A DNA stretch of 63,825 bases, the filler included, from Collodictyon triciliatum (taxonomy: Eukaryota), in NCBI GenBank assembly GCA_043381765.1. It is 8 parts of 8 records of this genome, joined end to end, with 100 filler letters (N's around TTAATTAATTAA, not from the genome) between each part and the next. Parts side by side here need not be neighbours in the genome. Positions count along the whole stretch, not along the records: positions 17,178 to 25,656 come from JBHJMP010003407.1; positions 25,757 to 34,240 come from JBHJMP010003408.1; positions 34,341 to 42,824 come from JBHJMP010003409.1; 5 more parts are not named here. One strand, 5' to 3'. Under the pieces are notes generated by a model. The model did no database searches, was not told the origin of the DNA, and saw nothing but the letters and a program-made list of their open reading frames with translations. The position numbers and the translations under genes were made by a program. Each line of letters begins with the position of its first letter. Positions within the stretch are counted from its first letter, which is position 1. This document shows, piece by piece, positions 24,650 through 36,899 of this stretch.

Positions 24650-25484
24650 TCAGAGATTGCAGCGGGCCTCGCGGGGGTTCTCGTTGCGGGGTGTGCAGAT
24701 GTAGTCTGTGGATGCGGGGCAGACGAACTGCTGGCCGGGGACCCAGGCATCGGGCTTGCTTGCGGCGGGCTTGTGCATGTTGTTCCAGAGGGTGACTGCG
24801 ACGCCCTGGTGGGTGACTGCGGCGAAGTGGAAGCAGTCTGGGGCAAAGTACTCGCGGATGGGGCGGCCGGCACTATCGCGGGGGATCTGGGTGTTTTCGT
24901 ACATGGGCTGATAGGCCACTGCAAAGTCGTCGCGGAGATAGCGCGGGTCTGCGGCGAGCTCGCGGAGGAGGACGTTGTAGTCTGCGCATGTGCGGGAGAC
25001 CTGCGCGCGGACGTTTGCGTCGTTGGACGTGCCGCATGCGCAGACGGCCTGGTGCACGGCAGCGCAGCCGAGGAAGCCGGAGCCCTCGACCGCCTTGAGC
25101 TTGGCCACGTCGATGACGCCGACCAGGTTGACCAGCATGCGCGGCACTTGTGTGAGGATGTCGAGCGTCGCGCGCACGCTGCTGGCAAAGACGCTCGGTG
25201 AGTCCTGCGCTGGGTCCTTGCACACGCGGCACAGGTTGTTGCCGCCGATAAAGAGCGTGACAATCTTCCACTCCCCGGAGTAGTCTGCCCGTTCTCGCAG
25301 CAGCCGCACAAGCTCCGTCGCCTGCCCCGCCGTGTCCTGCGCAACCGCCCCGCTCACCGCCACGTTCAGTCCCTTCTGCCCGCTGCCAATCCCCAACGAG
25401 TATCCCGCCACGCGGCTGCTGTACGCCCGCACGATGTTGGGCAGCGTCACTGTGTTCCCCACGTTCCCGTCTCCTCCGATGCTC
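24650..25484 (-). CDS. Phospholipase B1-like SGNH/GDSL lipase, last exon (5'-partial)
   Basis: SIGGD..VTLPNI, LNVAVSGA, WKIVTLFIGGNNLC, YFAPDCFHF (DxxH) and LWNNM; acceptor aaacag at 25484/25485. Confidence 0.9.
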
Positions 25485-25756
25485 CTGTTTGCACATGCAT
25501 ACACAGATAGATAGGCGAAGATAGATGTCTGAGTCAGTATATTTCTCTCTCATGGTGTATCGCTCCATGTATGTTGTTTTTTTTTGGTTTTTTTTGGTTT
25601 TTTTGGTTTTTTTGGTTTTTTTGGTTTTTTTGGTTTTTTTGGTTTTTTTGGTTTTTNNNNNNNNNNNNNNNNNNNNNNNNNNNNNNNNNNNNNNNNNNNN
25701 TTAATTAATTAANNNNNNNNNNNNNNNNNNNNNNNNNNNNNNNNNNNNNNNNNNNN

Positions 25757-28700
25757 TCACAAGTGGAGTTTCTCAACTCAAATCCTATCTTGCATTCGCA
25801 ATCGGTTGAATAAAGAGAGCCATTGTTTTTTGTCGTAAATTTATCGCCACAGGATAAGCAGAAATTCGTGCCGTTTGTTGGTTTGTATGCGCCAAGTCTG
25901 CACGGAACACACTCACTTCCATCCTCAAAGTTTCCTGGAGGACATGTACAAATAGCATCATATGACACATAGGTATATAAGCATTTACAATAATCGATTG
26001 ATATGGAACCTTCTTTTATTGTGGTTGAGCGTGTCGGGCATAGGTTGCATGATGTGGTTCTTTCTGAGCTGTAGCTTCCATTCGGACATGAGATACATGA
26101 AGATTGATTATACGAGCCAGTTTTATTGTTGAATGTTCCCGCTGGACATGATGTGCATGATGCTTGACCATCTCTATCATTCCAAGTACCTTGTGGACAT
26201 TCGATACATGATTTGTTTCCATAGGAGCCGAAGTTTGAGTTGAATGTGCCTTTTGGACAAGCATAGCATGATTGTGAGTCTTTTGTCATACCTTCTTTTT
26301 GATAGAATCCTGGTGAGCATGAGTTGCATGATGCGCTTCTTTCTGAGCTGTAGCTTCCATTTGGACATGAAATGCATGAAGATTCATTAAATGAGCCAGT
26401 TTTGTTGTTGAATGTACCAGCTGGACACGATGTGCATGATGCCTGGCCATTCTTGTCATTCCAGGTACCTTGTGGACATTCGGTACATGATTTGTTTCCA
26501 TATGAGCCAGAGTTCGAGTTGAATGAGCCTTTTGGACAAGCGTAGCATGATTGTGAATCTTTTGTGATTCCTTCTTTTTGATAGAATCCTGATGAGCATA
26601 AGCTACATGATGCGCTTCTCTCTGAGCTGTAGCTTCCATTTGGACATGAAATGCATGATGATTGATTGAATGAGCCAGTAATGTTGTTGAATGTACCAGC
26701 CGGACATGATGTGCATGATGCTTGTCCATCTCTATCATTCCAAGTGCCTTGTGGACACTCAATGCATGATGAGTTTCCATATGAGCCGGATTTTGAGTTG
26801 AATGTGCCTTTTAGACAAGCGTAGCATGATTGTGAGTCTTTTGTGACACCTTCTTTTTGATAGAATCCTGATAAACATAGACTGCATGATGAGCTTCTTT
26901 CTGAGCTGTAGCTTCCATTTGGACATGAAATGCATGATGATTGATTGAATGAGCCAGTTTTGTTGTTGAATGTACCCGCTCGACATGATGTGCATGATGC
27001 TTGACCATCTCTATCATTCCAAGTGCCTTGTGGACATTCAACACATGATTTGTTTCCGTATGAACCGAAGTTTGAGTTGAATGTGCCTTTTGGACAAGCA
27101 TAGCATGATTGTGAGTCTTTTGTGATTTCTTCTTTTTGATAGAATCCTGGTGAGCATAAAATGCATGATGAGCTTCTCTCTGAACTGTAGCTTCCGTTTG
27201 GACATGAAATGCATGATGATTGGTTGAATGAGCCACTTTTATTGTTAAATGTACCAGCTGGACATGATGTGCATGATGCTTGACCATCTCTATCATTCCA
27301 AGTGCCTTGTGGACATTCAATACATGATGAGTTCCCATATGAGCCGGATTTTGTGTTGAATGTGCCTTTTGGACAAGCATAGCATGATTGTGAGTCTTTC
27401 ATTATTCCATCTTTTTGGTAGAATCCTGATAAACACAAACTGCATGATGCGCTTCTCTCTGAGCTGTAGCTTCCATTCGGACATGAAATGCATGATAATG
27501 GATTGAATGAGCCAGTTTGATTGTTGAATGTACCAGCTGGACATGATGTGCATGATGCTTGACCATCTCTATCATTCCAAGTGCCTTGTGGACATTCAAT
27601 GCATGATTTGTTTCCATATGAGCCGGAGTTCGAGTTGAATGTGCCTTTTGGACAAGCATAGCATGATTCAGAGTCTTTTTTTATTCCTTCTTTTTGATAG
27701 AATCCTGATGAGCATAAGCTGCATGAAGAGCTTCCAACTGAGCTGTAGCTTCCATTTGGACATGAAATGCATGATGATTGATTGAATGAACTAGTTTGAT
27801 TGTTGTATGTGCCAGCTGGACATGATGTGCATGATGCTTGACCATCTTTATCATTCCAAGTACCTTGTGGACATTCGATACATGATGTGTTTCCATATGA
27901 GCCGGATTTTGAGTTGAATGTGCCTTTTGGACAAGCATAACACGATTTTGGGTCTTTTTTTATTCCTTCTTTTTGATAGAATCCTGATAAGCATGAATTG
28001 CATGATGCGCTTCTCTCTGAGCTGTAGCTTCCATCTGAACATGAAATACATGATGATTGATTGAATGAGCCTGTTTTGTTGTTAATTGTACCAGCTGGAC
28101 ATGATGCGCATGATGCTTGACTATCTCTATCATTCCAAGTGCCTTGCGGACATTCAGTACATGATTTGTTTCCATATGAGCCGGAGTTTGAGTTGAATGT
28201 GCCTTTTGGACAGGCATAGCATGATTCCGAGTCTTTTAATATTCCGCCTTCTTGATAGAGTCCTGGTGAACATGAGATGCATGATGCGCTTCTTTCTGAG
28301 CTGTAGCTTCCATCTGAACATGAAATACATGATGATTGGTTTAATGAGCCTGTTTTGTTGTTCATTGTACCAGCTGGACATGATGTACATGATGCTTGAC
28401 CATCTTTATCATTCCAAGTGCCTTGTGGACATTCAATACATGATTTGTTTCCATATGAGCCGGAGTTTGAGTTGAATGTGCCTTTTGGACAAGCATAGCA
28501 TGATTCCGAGTATTTTAATATTCCTTCTTCTTGATAGAATCCTGATAAACACAGACTGCATGATGCGCTTCCAACTGAGCTGTAGCTTCCGTTTGGACAT
28601 GAAACACATGATGATTGATTGTATGAACCAGTTTTATTGTTGAATGTACCAGCCGGGCATGATATGCATGATGCTTGACCCTCCTTATTATTCCAAGTAC

Positions 28701-31700
28701 CTTGTGGACATTCGATGCATGATGATTTTCCATATGAGCCGGAGTTTGAGTTGAATGTGCCTTTTGGACAAGCATAGCATGATTCCGAGTCTTTTGTGAT
28801 TCCTTCTTTTTGATAGAATCCTGGTGAACACAAGCCGCACGACGAGCTTCTCTCTGAGCTGTAGCTTCCGTCTGAACATGAAATGCATGATGATTGGTTG
28901 AATGAACCAGTTTTGTCGTTATATGTACCCGCTTGACACGATGTGCATGATGCTTGACCATCCTTATCATTCCATGTACCTTGTGTGCATTCAATGCATG
29001 ATTTGTTTCCATATGAGCCGGATTTTGAGTTGAATGTGCCTTTTGGACATGTGAAGCATGATTTAGAGTCTTTTATGATTCCTTCTATTTGGTAGAATCC
29101 TGATGAGCATAAGCTGCATGATGAACTCCTTTCTGAGCTGTAGCTTCCATTTGGACATGAAATGCATGATGATTGGTTGAATGAACCAGTTTTGTCGTTA
29201 TATGTACCCGCTGGACATGATGTACATGATGCTTGACCATCTCTATCATTCCAAGTACCTTGTGGACATTCAGTACATGATATATTTCGATAAAAACCGG
29301 AGTATGAGTTGCATGTGCCTTTTGGACAAGCATAGCATGATTCCGAGTCTTTTAAGATTCCGTCTTCTTGATAGAATCCTGGTGAACATAAGCTGCATGA
29401 TGAACTTCTTTCTGAGCTGTAGCTTCCATTCGGACATGAGATGCATGATGATTGATTGAATGAACCAGTTTTGTTGTTGAATGTACCTGCTGGACATGAT
29501 GTGCATGATGCCTGACCATCTCTATCATTCCAAGTACCTTGTGGGCATTCGACACATGATTTGTTTCCATATGAGCCGGATTTTGAGTTGAATGTGCCTT
29601 TTGGACAAGCAAAGCATGATTTTGAGTCTTTTGTGATGTCTTCTTTTTGATAGTATCCTGATGAGCATAAACTGCATGATGCACTTCTTTCTGAGCTGTA
29701 GCTTCCATTTGGACATGAAATGCATGATGATTGGTTGAATGAACCAGTTTTGTCGTTATATGTACCCGCTGGACATGATGTGCATGATACTTGACCATCC
29801 TTGTTATTCCAAGTACCTTGTGGACATTCGACACATGATTTGTTTCCATATGAGCCGGGGTTTGAATTGAATGTGCCTTTTGGACAAGCGTGGCATGATT
29901 TTGAGTCTTTTATAATTTTATCTTTTTGATAAAATCCTGATGAGCACAAGCTGCATGATGAGCTTCCAGCTGAGCTGTAGCTTCCGTTCGGACACGAAAT
30001 ACATGATATTTCATTATATGAACCAGTCTTATTATTAAATGCACCAGCTGCACATGATGCGCATGATGCTTGACCATCTTTATCATTCCAAGTACCTTGT
30101 GGACATTCGGTGCATGATTTGTTTCCATATGAACCGGATTTAGAGTTGAATGTGCCTTTTGGACAAGCGTGGCATGATTTTGAGTCTTTCGTTATGTCTT
30201 CTTTTTGATAGAATCCTGGTGAACATGAGATGCACGATGAGCTTCTTTCTGAGCTATAGCTTCCGTCTGGACACGAAATGCACGATGATTGATTGAATGA
30301 GCCAGTTTTATTGTTAAATGTCCCAGCTGGACACACTATACAATCCTTTCTATGAATATTTCCATAAGTCCCCTGAGGGCATCGAATACAAAATATCTTA
30401 TCGTAAGCACCAAAACTTGGGTTATAAGTTCCATCAGGGCAATTGTAGCATGATACTTGACCAGTCGTATTTCCATAAGTTCCTGAATCACACAATGAGC
30501 ACATAATGGATGCTGATGATGACGAAAAGCTTCCTTTTTCACATGGGATGCAATCCATCTCACTTTGGGATACAGTTTCACTATTATAAGTTCCAGCCGG
30601 ACATTCATTACAATCGATTGCTCTAGTCGAATTTGAATATGTTCCAGGTTGACAGGGAGAACAAAAAGTCTTTCCAGGTTCTTTATTATAGAATCCATGA
30701 GGACAATCAAAGCATGTTGTTTGTCCTCTTATGTTATTGTACGTTCCTGGTTTACATTCATCACAGGAAGTCTGACCAGTTTTGTTGTTAAAGGTTCCTT
30801 CCAAACAATAAAGACACGAAACTTGGCCTGAATATGGTGTATATGTCCCAATATCACATTCAAGGCATGATTTTTGTCCATTATTTGAATTGTATGTACC
30901 ACTTTCACAAAAAGTGCACATTGATTGGCCTGCTAGAGGGCTATATGTTCCAGGGGCACATAGAAGGCATGAACCAATATTTTTGGATCCTGACGATGGG
31001 TTGTATGTACCAATGGGGCATAATGCACACGATGGACTACCACCAAGATTATAACTACCAGGAGGACATATTGCACAATTTTTTAATGATGAGTCGTAGT
31101 AGTATCCCGCTTGACAAAACCCCCAAATTTTGATTGTTTTATCACCACTTCCAGATATAATTTTTGAATCGCCTAGAGGTATAGCCAAACTATAAATATT
31201 ACTGCTATGCCCAGTGAGCACCCGAATTAAATTTCCATTTGAAGCATCCCAAATTCTTATTGTCCTGTCAATACCTCCAGAAATTATAACAGAGCTGTCT
31301 AGAGAAAAAGATACATCAATAATGGGTAAAGAATGTCCAAAAATTGTGCGAATCAAAGCTCCATCAGAAAGATTCCAAATTTTGATAGTTTTATCGTCAC
31401 TTCCGGAAACAATTTTTGAACCATCAGGATCAACAGCAACACTATAAATGTAACTTGTATGGCCAGTCAATGTGCGAATCAAAGCTCCATCTGAAAGATT
31501 CCAAACTTTGATTGTTGTATCATTACTTACAGAGACAATTTTTGAATCATCAGGAGTAATAGCAACATGACTCACCCCAAGGGCATGACCAGTAAGTGTA
31601 CGAATCACAGCTCCATCAGAAAAATTCCAGATTCTGATCGATTTATCATAGCTTCCAGAGACAATTTTTGAACCATCAAGGGTAACTGCAACACTGGTAA

Positions 31701-34240
31701 CACCAGAAGTATGTCCATTCAATGTGCGAATCAAAGCTCCATCTGAAAGATTCCAAACTTTGATTGTTGTATCATTACTTACGGAGACAATTTTTGAACC
31801 ATCATGAGTTACAGCAACATGGTTCACCCCAAGGGCATGACCAGTAAGTGTAAGAATCACAGTTCCATCAGAAATGTTCCAGATTCTGATTGTTCGGTCA
31901 TAACTTCCAGAGACCATCATTGAGCCATCAGGAGTAACTGCAACAGTACGAACTTCACTGGTATGACCGATTAATGTGTGAATCAAAATTTCTTCAGAAA
32001 TCTTCCATATTTTTATGGTTCTATCACCGCTTCCAGAAACAATTTTAGAATTATCAGGAGATATAAAAACGCTGAAAATATAGCTTTCGTGATGAACTAA
32101 TGTACCAATCAAAGCTCCATCAGAAAGACTCCATATTTTGATTGTGTTGTCTGCGCTACCCGAAACAATTTTCGAACTATCAACCGTCACAGAAACACTG
32201 TAGACATACCCAACATGACCTATCAATGTGCGAACCAAAGTTCCATCAGAAAGATTCCATATTTTGACTGTTTTGTCAGCACTCCCAGAAATTACTGTAA
32301 AACCATGTGATGTAATGGTAACACTATAAACATAACTCATATGACCATTCAATGTGCGAATCAAATCTCCATTAGAAAGATTCCAAATTTTTATTGTTGT
32401 ATCACCACTTCCAGAAACAATTTTTAAGCCATCAGGAGAAATTGTGGTACTGAGTACCCGACTAGAGTGACCAGTCAATGTGCGAATCAAAGTTCCTTCT
32501 GAAATATTCCAAATTTTTATTGTTGTATCACCACTTCCAGAAACAATTTTTGAGCCATCAGGAGAAATTATAACACTGTAAACATAACTACTATGACCAT
32601 TCAATGTGTAAATCAAAGTTCCATCAGAGAATTTCCAGATTTTTATTGTTTTGTCCCAACTTCCAGAAACTATTTTTGAACCATCAGGGCTTGAAATGGC
32701 ACAACTAACCCAACTAGTATGACCCGTCAATGTGCGTATCAAAGCTCCATCTGAAAGATTCCAAACTTTTATTGTGCTATCATCATATCCAGAAATTATT
32801 TTCAATCCATCAAAAGATATTGTGGTATGCAATGCGATTTGCTTACTTACTGATACAATTCGACTGAATGAAAAATCTGGTATGAACCACACTTTAATTG
32901 TTCTATCATCACCACCAGAGACGATTTTTGAGCTATCAGAAGTGATACGGACACTACGGACATAATTTAAATGATTTATGAGAGAACTGACCAAATTTCC
33001 ATCAAAAAGATTCCAAATTTTTATAGTTTCATCAACACTTCCGGAAACAATTTTTGAGCCATCAGGAGAAACAGCAACACTATAAACATATCCATTATGG
33101 CCAATTAATGTGCGAATCAAAGCCCCATCAGAAGGATTCCAAATTTTGATTGTGGTATCAGCACCCCCAGAAACAATTTTTGAACCATCAGGAGAAACAG
33201 CAACACTGTAAACATATCCATTATGGCCAATTAATGTGCGAATCAGAGCTCCATCAGAAAGATTCCAAATTTTGATTGCACTGTCGCCGCTTCCTGATGC
33301 AATTATTGATCCATCAATGGAAACAGCAATATTGTAAACATAACTGTTATGTCCATTTAATGTGCGAATCAAAGCTCCGTCAGAGAGATTCCATATTCTG
33401 ATAGTATTATCGCCACTTCCAGAAACAATTTTTGAGCCATCCGGAGTGATAGCAACACTGTAAACATAGCTTTTGTGTCCATTTAATGTGCCAATTAAAG
33501 TTCCATCAGAGAGATTCCAAATTTTTATATTACTATCTGCGCTTCCTGAAACAATTTTTGAGCCATCAGGAGTAACAGCAACACTGTAAACATATCCATA
33601 ATGACCGATTAATGTGTGAATCAAAGCTCCATCAGAAGGATTCCAAATTTTGATTGTATTATCATCACTCCCTGAAATAATTTTTGAATTATCTGGGGTA
33701 ACATAGACACTACGGACACTATTAGTATGACCAGTCAATGTGAGAATCAAAGCTCCATTGGAAAGATCCCGAATTTTAGTAATTTTATCATCCCCTCCAA
33801 ATACGATTTTTGAACCATCAGGAGTAATAGCCACACTATTAATGTACCTTGTTTGGCCATTCAATGTTCGAATCAAATCTCCATTGTCTAAATTCCATAT
33901 TCTAATTGCGCTATCGGCACCCCCTGAAACAACCTTTGAACCATCAGGAGTAACAGCAACACTGTGAACATATCCATAATGACCGATTAGTGTGTGAATC
34001 AAAGCTCCATCAGAAAGATTCCAAATTTTGATCGTTTTGTCCCAGCTTCCAGAAACAATCTTTGATCCATCAGGAGTAATAGCAAGACTCTTGACAAAGC
34101 CTGTGTGAAAACCTCTAGTGTGAATCAAAGTTCCATCAGATATTTTCCAAACTTTAATTGTATTGTCCCAACTTCCAGAAACAATTTTGGTACCATCAGG
34201 AGTAATAGAAACAGTTTGAACATATCCTGTGTGTCCTGTT
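25757..34240 (-). CDS. Giant WD40-repeat (at least 25) + Cys-rich (GCC2/GCC3 or ephrin-receptor-like) repeat protein, open at both ends, intronless over the whole scaffold
   Basis: One frame is open for all 8,484 nt. 42-aa repeats GH..V.SVA.SPDGSKIVSGS.D.TIKIW span 31123-34240 and are followed by CxxCxxGTY/F repeats. Confidence 0.92.
26020..30380 (-). repeat. 279-bp (93-aa) coding tandem repeat, about 15-16 copies
   Basis: The C(P/T)QGTWN motif recurs 15 times at 279-nt spacing between about 26190 and 30100. Confidence 0.92.
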
Positions 34241-34437
34241 NNNNNNNNNNNNNNNNNNNNNNNNNNNNNNNNNNNNNNNNNNNNTTAATTAATTAANNNN
34301 NNNNNNNNNNNNNNNNNNNNNNNNNNNNNNNNNNNNNNNNAAAACATCCTTCATGTATCATCACCCTAAAAAAAAAAAAAACTAGTTGAGTTACTCACGC
34401 GTTACAAGATAGGAAGCGTAGCACAGCAGCGAAGGCC

Positions 34438-36138
34438 ATGGACTTTGATACTTCTGAGCAGCACCCTCGCAGCTCTCTCTTTTTAAGCACCCCTTCGCAG
34501 CCTCCTCCAAAGTGCGAGCATCCCAGTGCCGGAGCGCATCACAACCTCCCACATACCCCAGAAGCAACATCTGCCGATGCACGCAATAATGATAGTCTCG
34601 GTGCTCCAGGGGATTGTGGGATTGACTACCCCCAAGACTTTCGCATGCGCACAGGCGATCTCCACTCTAAGGGCGATGCGGAGACAGAGAAACAATCCCA
34701 ATACAGACAGGAGCATGAACGCAGTGGGTATTTTTTTGGAGAAGTAGGAGACACACAAAAGCTAGAGGAACGAAGGGAGCTGACTTTCAAGCACTGCACC
34801 AAGGTGGCGAGCGCGATGTGGATTAGAGCTGTGAGAAGCGTTTGTGGTGTTTTGGTAGCAAATATGGCCTTTTTATGGATTTACTATATCCCAGCTATAG
34901 TTATCGCACATAATGCACTTCTTTTTCTGAGATATATATTGTACAGGGTTATTTTGGCTGAATTAACTAACTCATTATTCTGGATTTCTATTTCGATAGC
35001 CGCTTCAAATATATTTACGATTCGTTACACATGGAGGGCAATACTTTTCTCGTTTCTTCCAGGATATATCTCAGATAGCATTTTTTATCCTACCCCACAA
35101 TTTAGAAATGTTGAATTATATAGAAATGTATCCAGTATTGTTAGTGTCATGTGTTTGGCTCTTGGAGCTTATATAATATATAGGTATAGCCCTACAGACG
35201 AAAACAAAGAACATGCCGATGAATACCATCGCCTTACAAAAGACGGGTCTGTTTCTGCATTGTTCAAAGGAATTCTTGGGTTCTCTGTTTTCATCTATTT
35301 TATTTTTTTGAACATACTCTCCTACTTGGAATCAGGTTTTTGGCTAAAGATAGTTTTCAGATTTATTGTTATTCCATTGTGCTTTAGGATTTCCAAATGG
35401 TACCAAATGAGGGTTATTTTTAAACTTTCAAAAAGACAAACTGATAGAAGGCTTATTGTGTACAAAATGTGTAATCATTATATTCAGCTAATTAGCCGCA
35501 TCTTGATATCAAACTTCACGACAAAAAGCGCCCTTTCATATCAATTTGTGCTCATTAACTTTAGTGGCTCGCTTGAGGAAGTCCTGTATACAGTATCTTT
35601 CGAGTACAAAGAGAGATCACTTTATAATATTTCAAGCAAATGTGCCGATTTTTATCAAATGTGCGCATCATATGTGATCGGAAATTGCATGAATACTGTC
35701 GTGCCCGTCTCAGAATTCGATAACCCTGATAATATCATCCAGTCAGACGCAATAGCCTCTGATGCAAAGAAAAAATCAAAAGAAGACACCCACGTGAAAG
35801 AGGCTGTTTCTTTTCGTGCGAGGTATATCTACGACGACATTATTTCAGAAATTTACTCAATATTTCTGGCACCTCTCATCATTTATTTCACTCAACATGT
35901 TGCATCCGAAGATTTGGCATTTAACTTCATGTCGACTTATCAAGAGTGCTTCTATCAAATTATTATTCAGCTCCTCTTCGAACTCATCGGGGATTCATTT
36001 TCACTTACTTACCATCTTTACAGAGGACACATGAATGTAACAAATTATGTTGATTGGAGGCCAATGGGGCAGCAATTGCTTTTCGTTTGGTCGCTGTACT
36101 GTACCCTCTCGATTCAAAGGATACTTTTACTGTCTTAA
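34438..36138 (+). CDS. Uncharacterised multi-pass membrane protein (566 aa), paralog A
   Basis: Intronless ORF with many hydrophobic segments; colinear similarity to 36900..38483. Confidence 0.8.
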   Translation: MDFDTSEQHPRSSLFLSTPSQPPPKCEHPSAGAHHNLPHTPEATSADARNNDSLGAPGDCGIDYPQDFRMRTGDLHSKGDAETEKQSQYRQEHERSGYFFGEVGDTQKLEERRELTFKHCTKVASAMWIRAVRSVCGVLVANMAFLWIYYIPAIVIAHNALLFLRYILYRVILAELTNSLFWISISIAASNIFTIRYTWRAILFSFLPGYISDSIFYPTPQFRNVELYRNVSSIVSVMCLALGAYIIYRYSPTDENKEHADEYHRLTKDGSVSALFKGILGFSVFIYFIFLNILSYLESGFWLKIVFRFIVIPLCFRISKWYQMRVIFKLSKRQTDRRLIVYKMCNHYIQLISRILISNFTTKSALSYQFVLINFSGSLEEVLYTVSFEYKERSLYNISSKCADFYQMCASYVIGNCMNTVVPVSEFDNPDNIIQSDAIASDAKKKSKEDTHVKEAVSFRARYIYDDIISEIYSIFLAPLIIYFTQHVASEDLAFNFMSTYQECFYQIIIQLLFELIGDSFSLTYHLYRGHMNVTNYVDWRPMGQQLLFVWSLYCTLSIQRILLLS

Positions 36139-36460
36139 GTATGTTTGGAAATGAAGAATTATGACTTTGTGTGAATATTATTTGGCACGTATTTTATTTT
36201 CAGATACCGCGGCAACCAGAATTCATTATGAACCCCACAGTTTCAAATGACCAGAACATGGCTATTTTATTTAGAGTTGTGCTGATATTCCGAGCCCTGA
36301 AACCAATAAAGAAAAGAAAAGAAAAATATACAATAATCATGATATCATCTTTTAGGACAGTGAATTTTTTTAAAACTCGATTTTGTACATTTTATACTTG
36401 GCGGTGACGTAGGTTTTTGTACTTCAATAAAAAGATTATTATTGTGTTTTTCAAATCCAT

Positions 36461-36600
36461 GTTTTTCTTTTTCTTTTTTCTTTTTCTTTTCTTTTTCTTT
36501 TTCTTTTTCTTTTTCTTTTTCTTTTTTCTTTTTCTTTTTCTTTTTCTTTTTCTTTTTCTTTTTCTTTTTCTTTTTCTTTTTCTTTTTCTTTTTCTTTTTC
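36461..36600. repeat. (TTTTTC)n microsatellite between the convergent paralogs
   Basis: Directly visible. Confidence 0.85.
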
Positions 36601-36899
36601 CATAAAATCATCCCCTTTTTGAAGCACTTCTAACAGAGCCCATCTGTATCCCCACACAAGCTACGATTTAACAAGTTTTGTAATGCGTAAGCGCAAAAAA
36701 AAAAAAAATGCTCCACAAGCAAACATCACAAAGTACTCTCAAGGAAAGGTGACCAATCACTAGCTAGAACGACATTGTGTGTAAAATGGAAATAATACAG
36801 CAGCGGACAGCCAATCCCGATTATTATATGAAAGCTTATATCTGCTTTATAATGATTACTTTTGGATTGGTTGCGTGGAAAGGGGAAAAAAAGCTCTCT

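Noticed and set aside
24074-25568. Overlapping 230-375 aa ORFs suggesting overprinted genes
   Set aside because: They are shadow frames of the GC-rich lipase exon and contain no recognisable motifs.
26016-30128. Periodic short His/Gln-rich ORFs, or a CRISPR-like array
   Set aside because: They are alternate frames of the 279-bp coding repeat, with no repeat-unique spacer structure.
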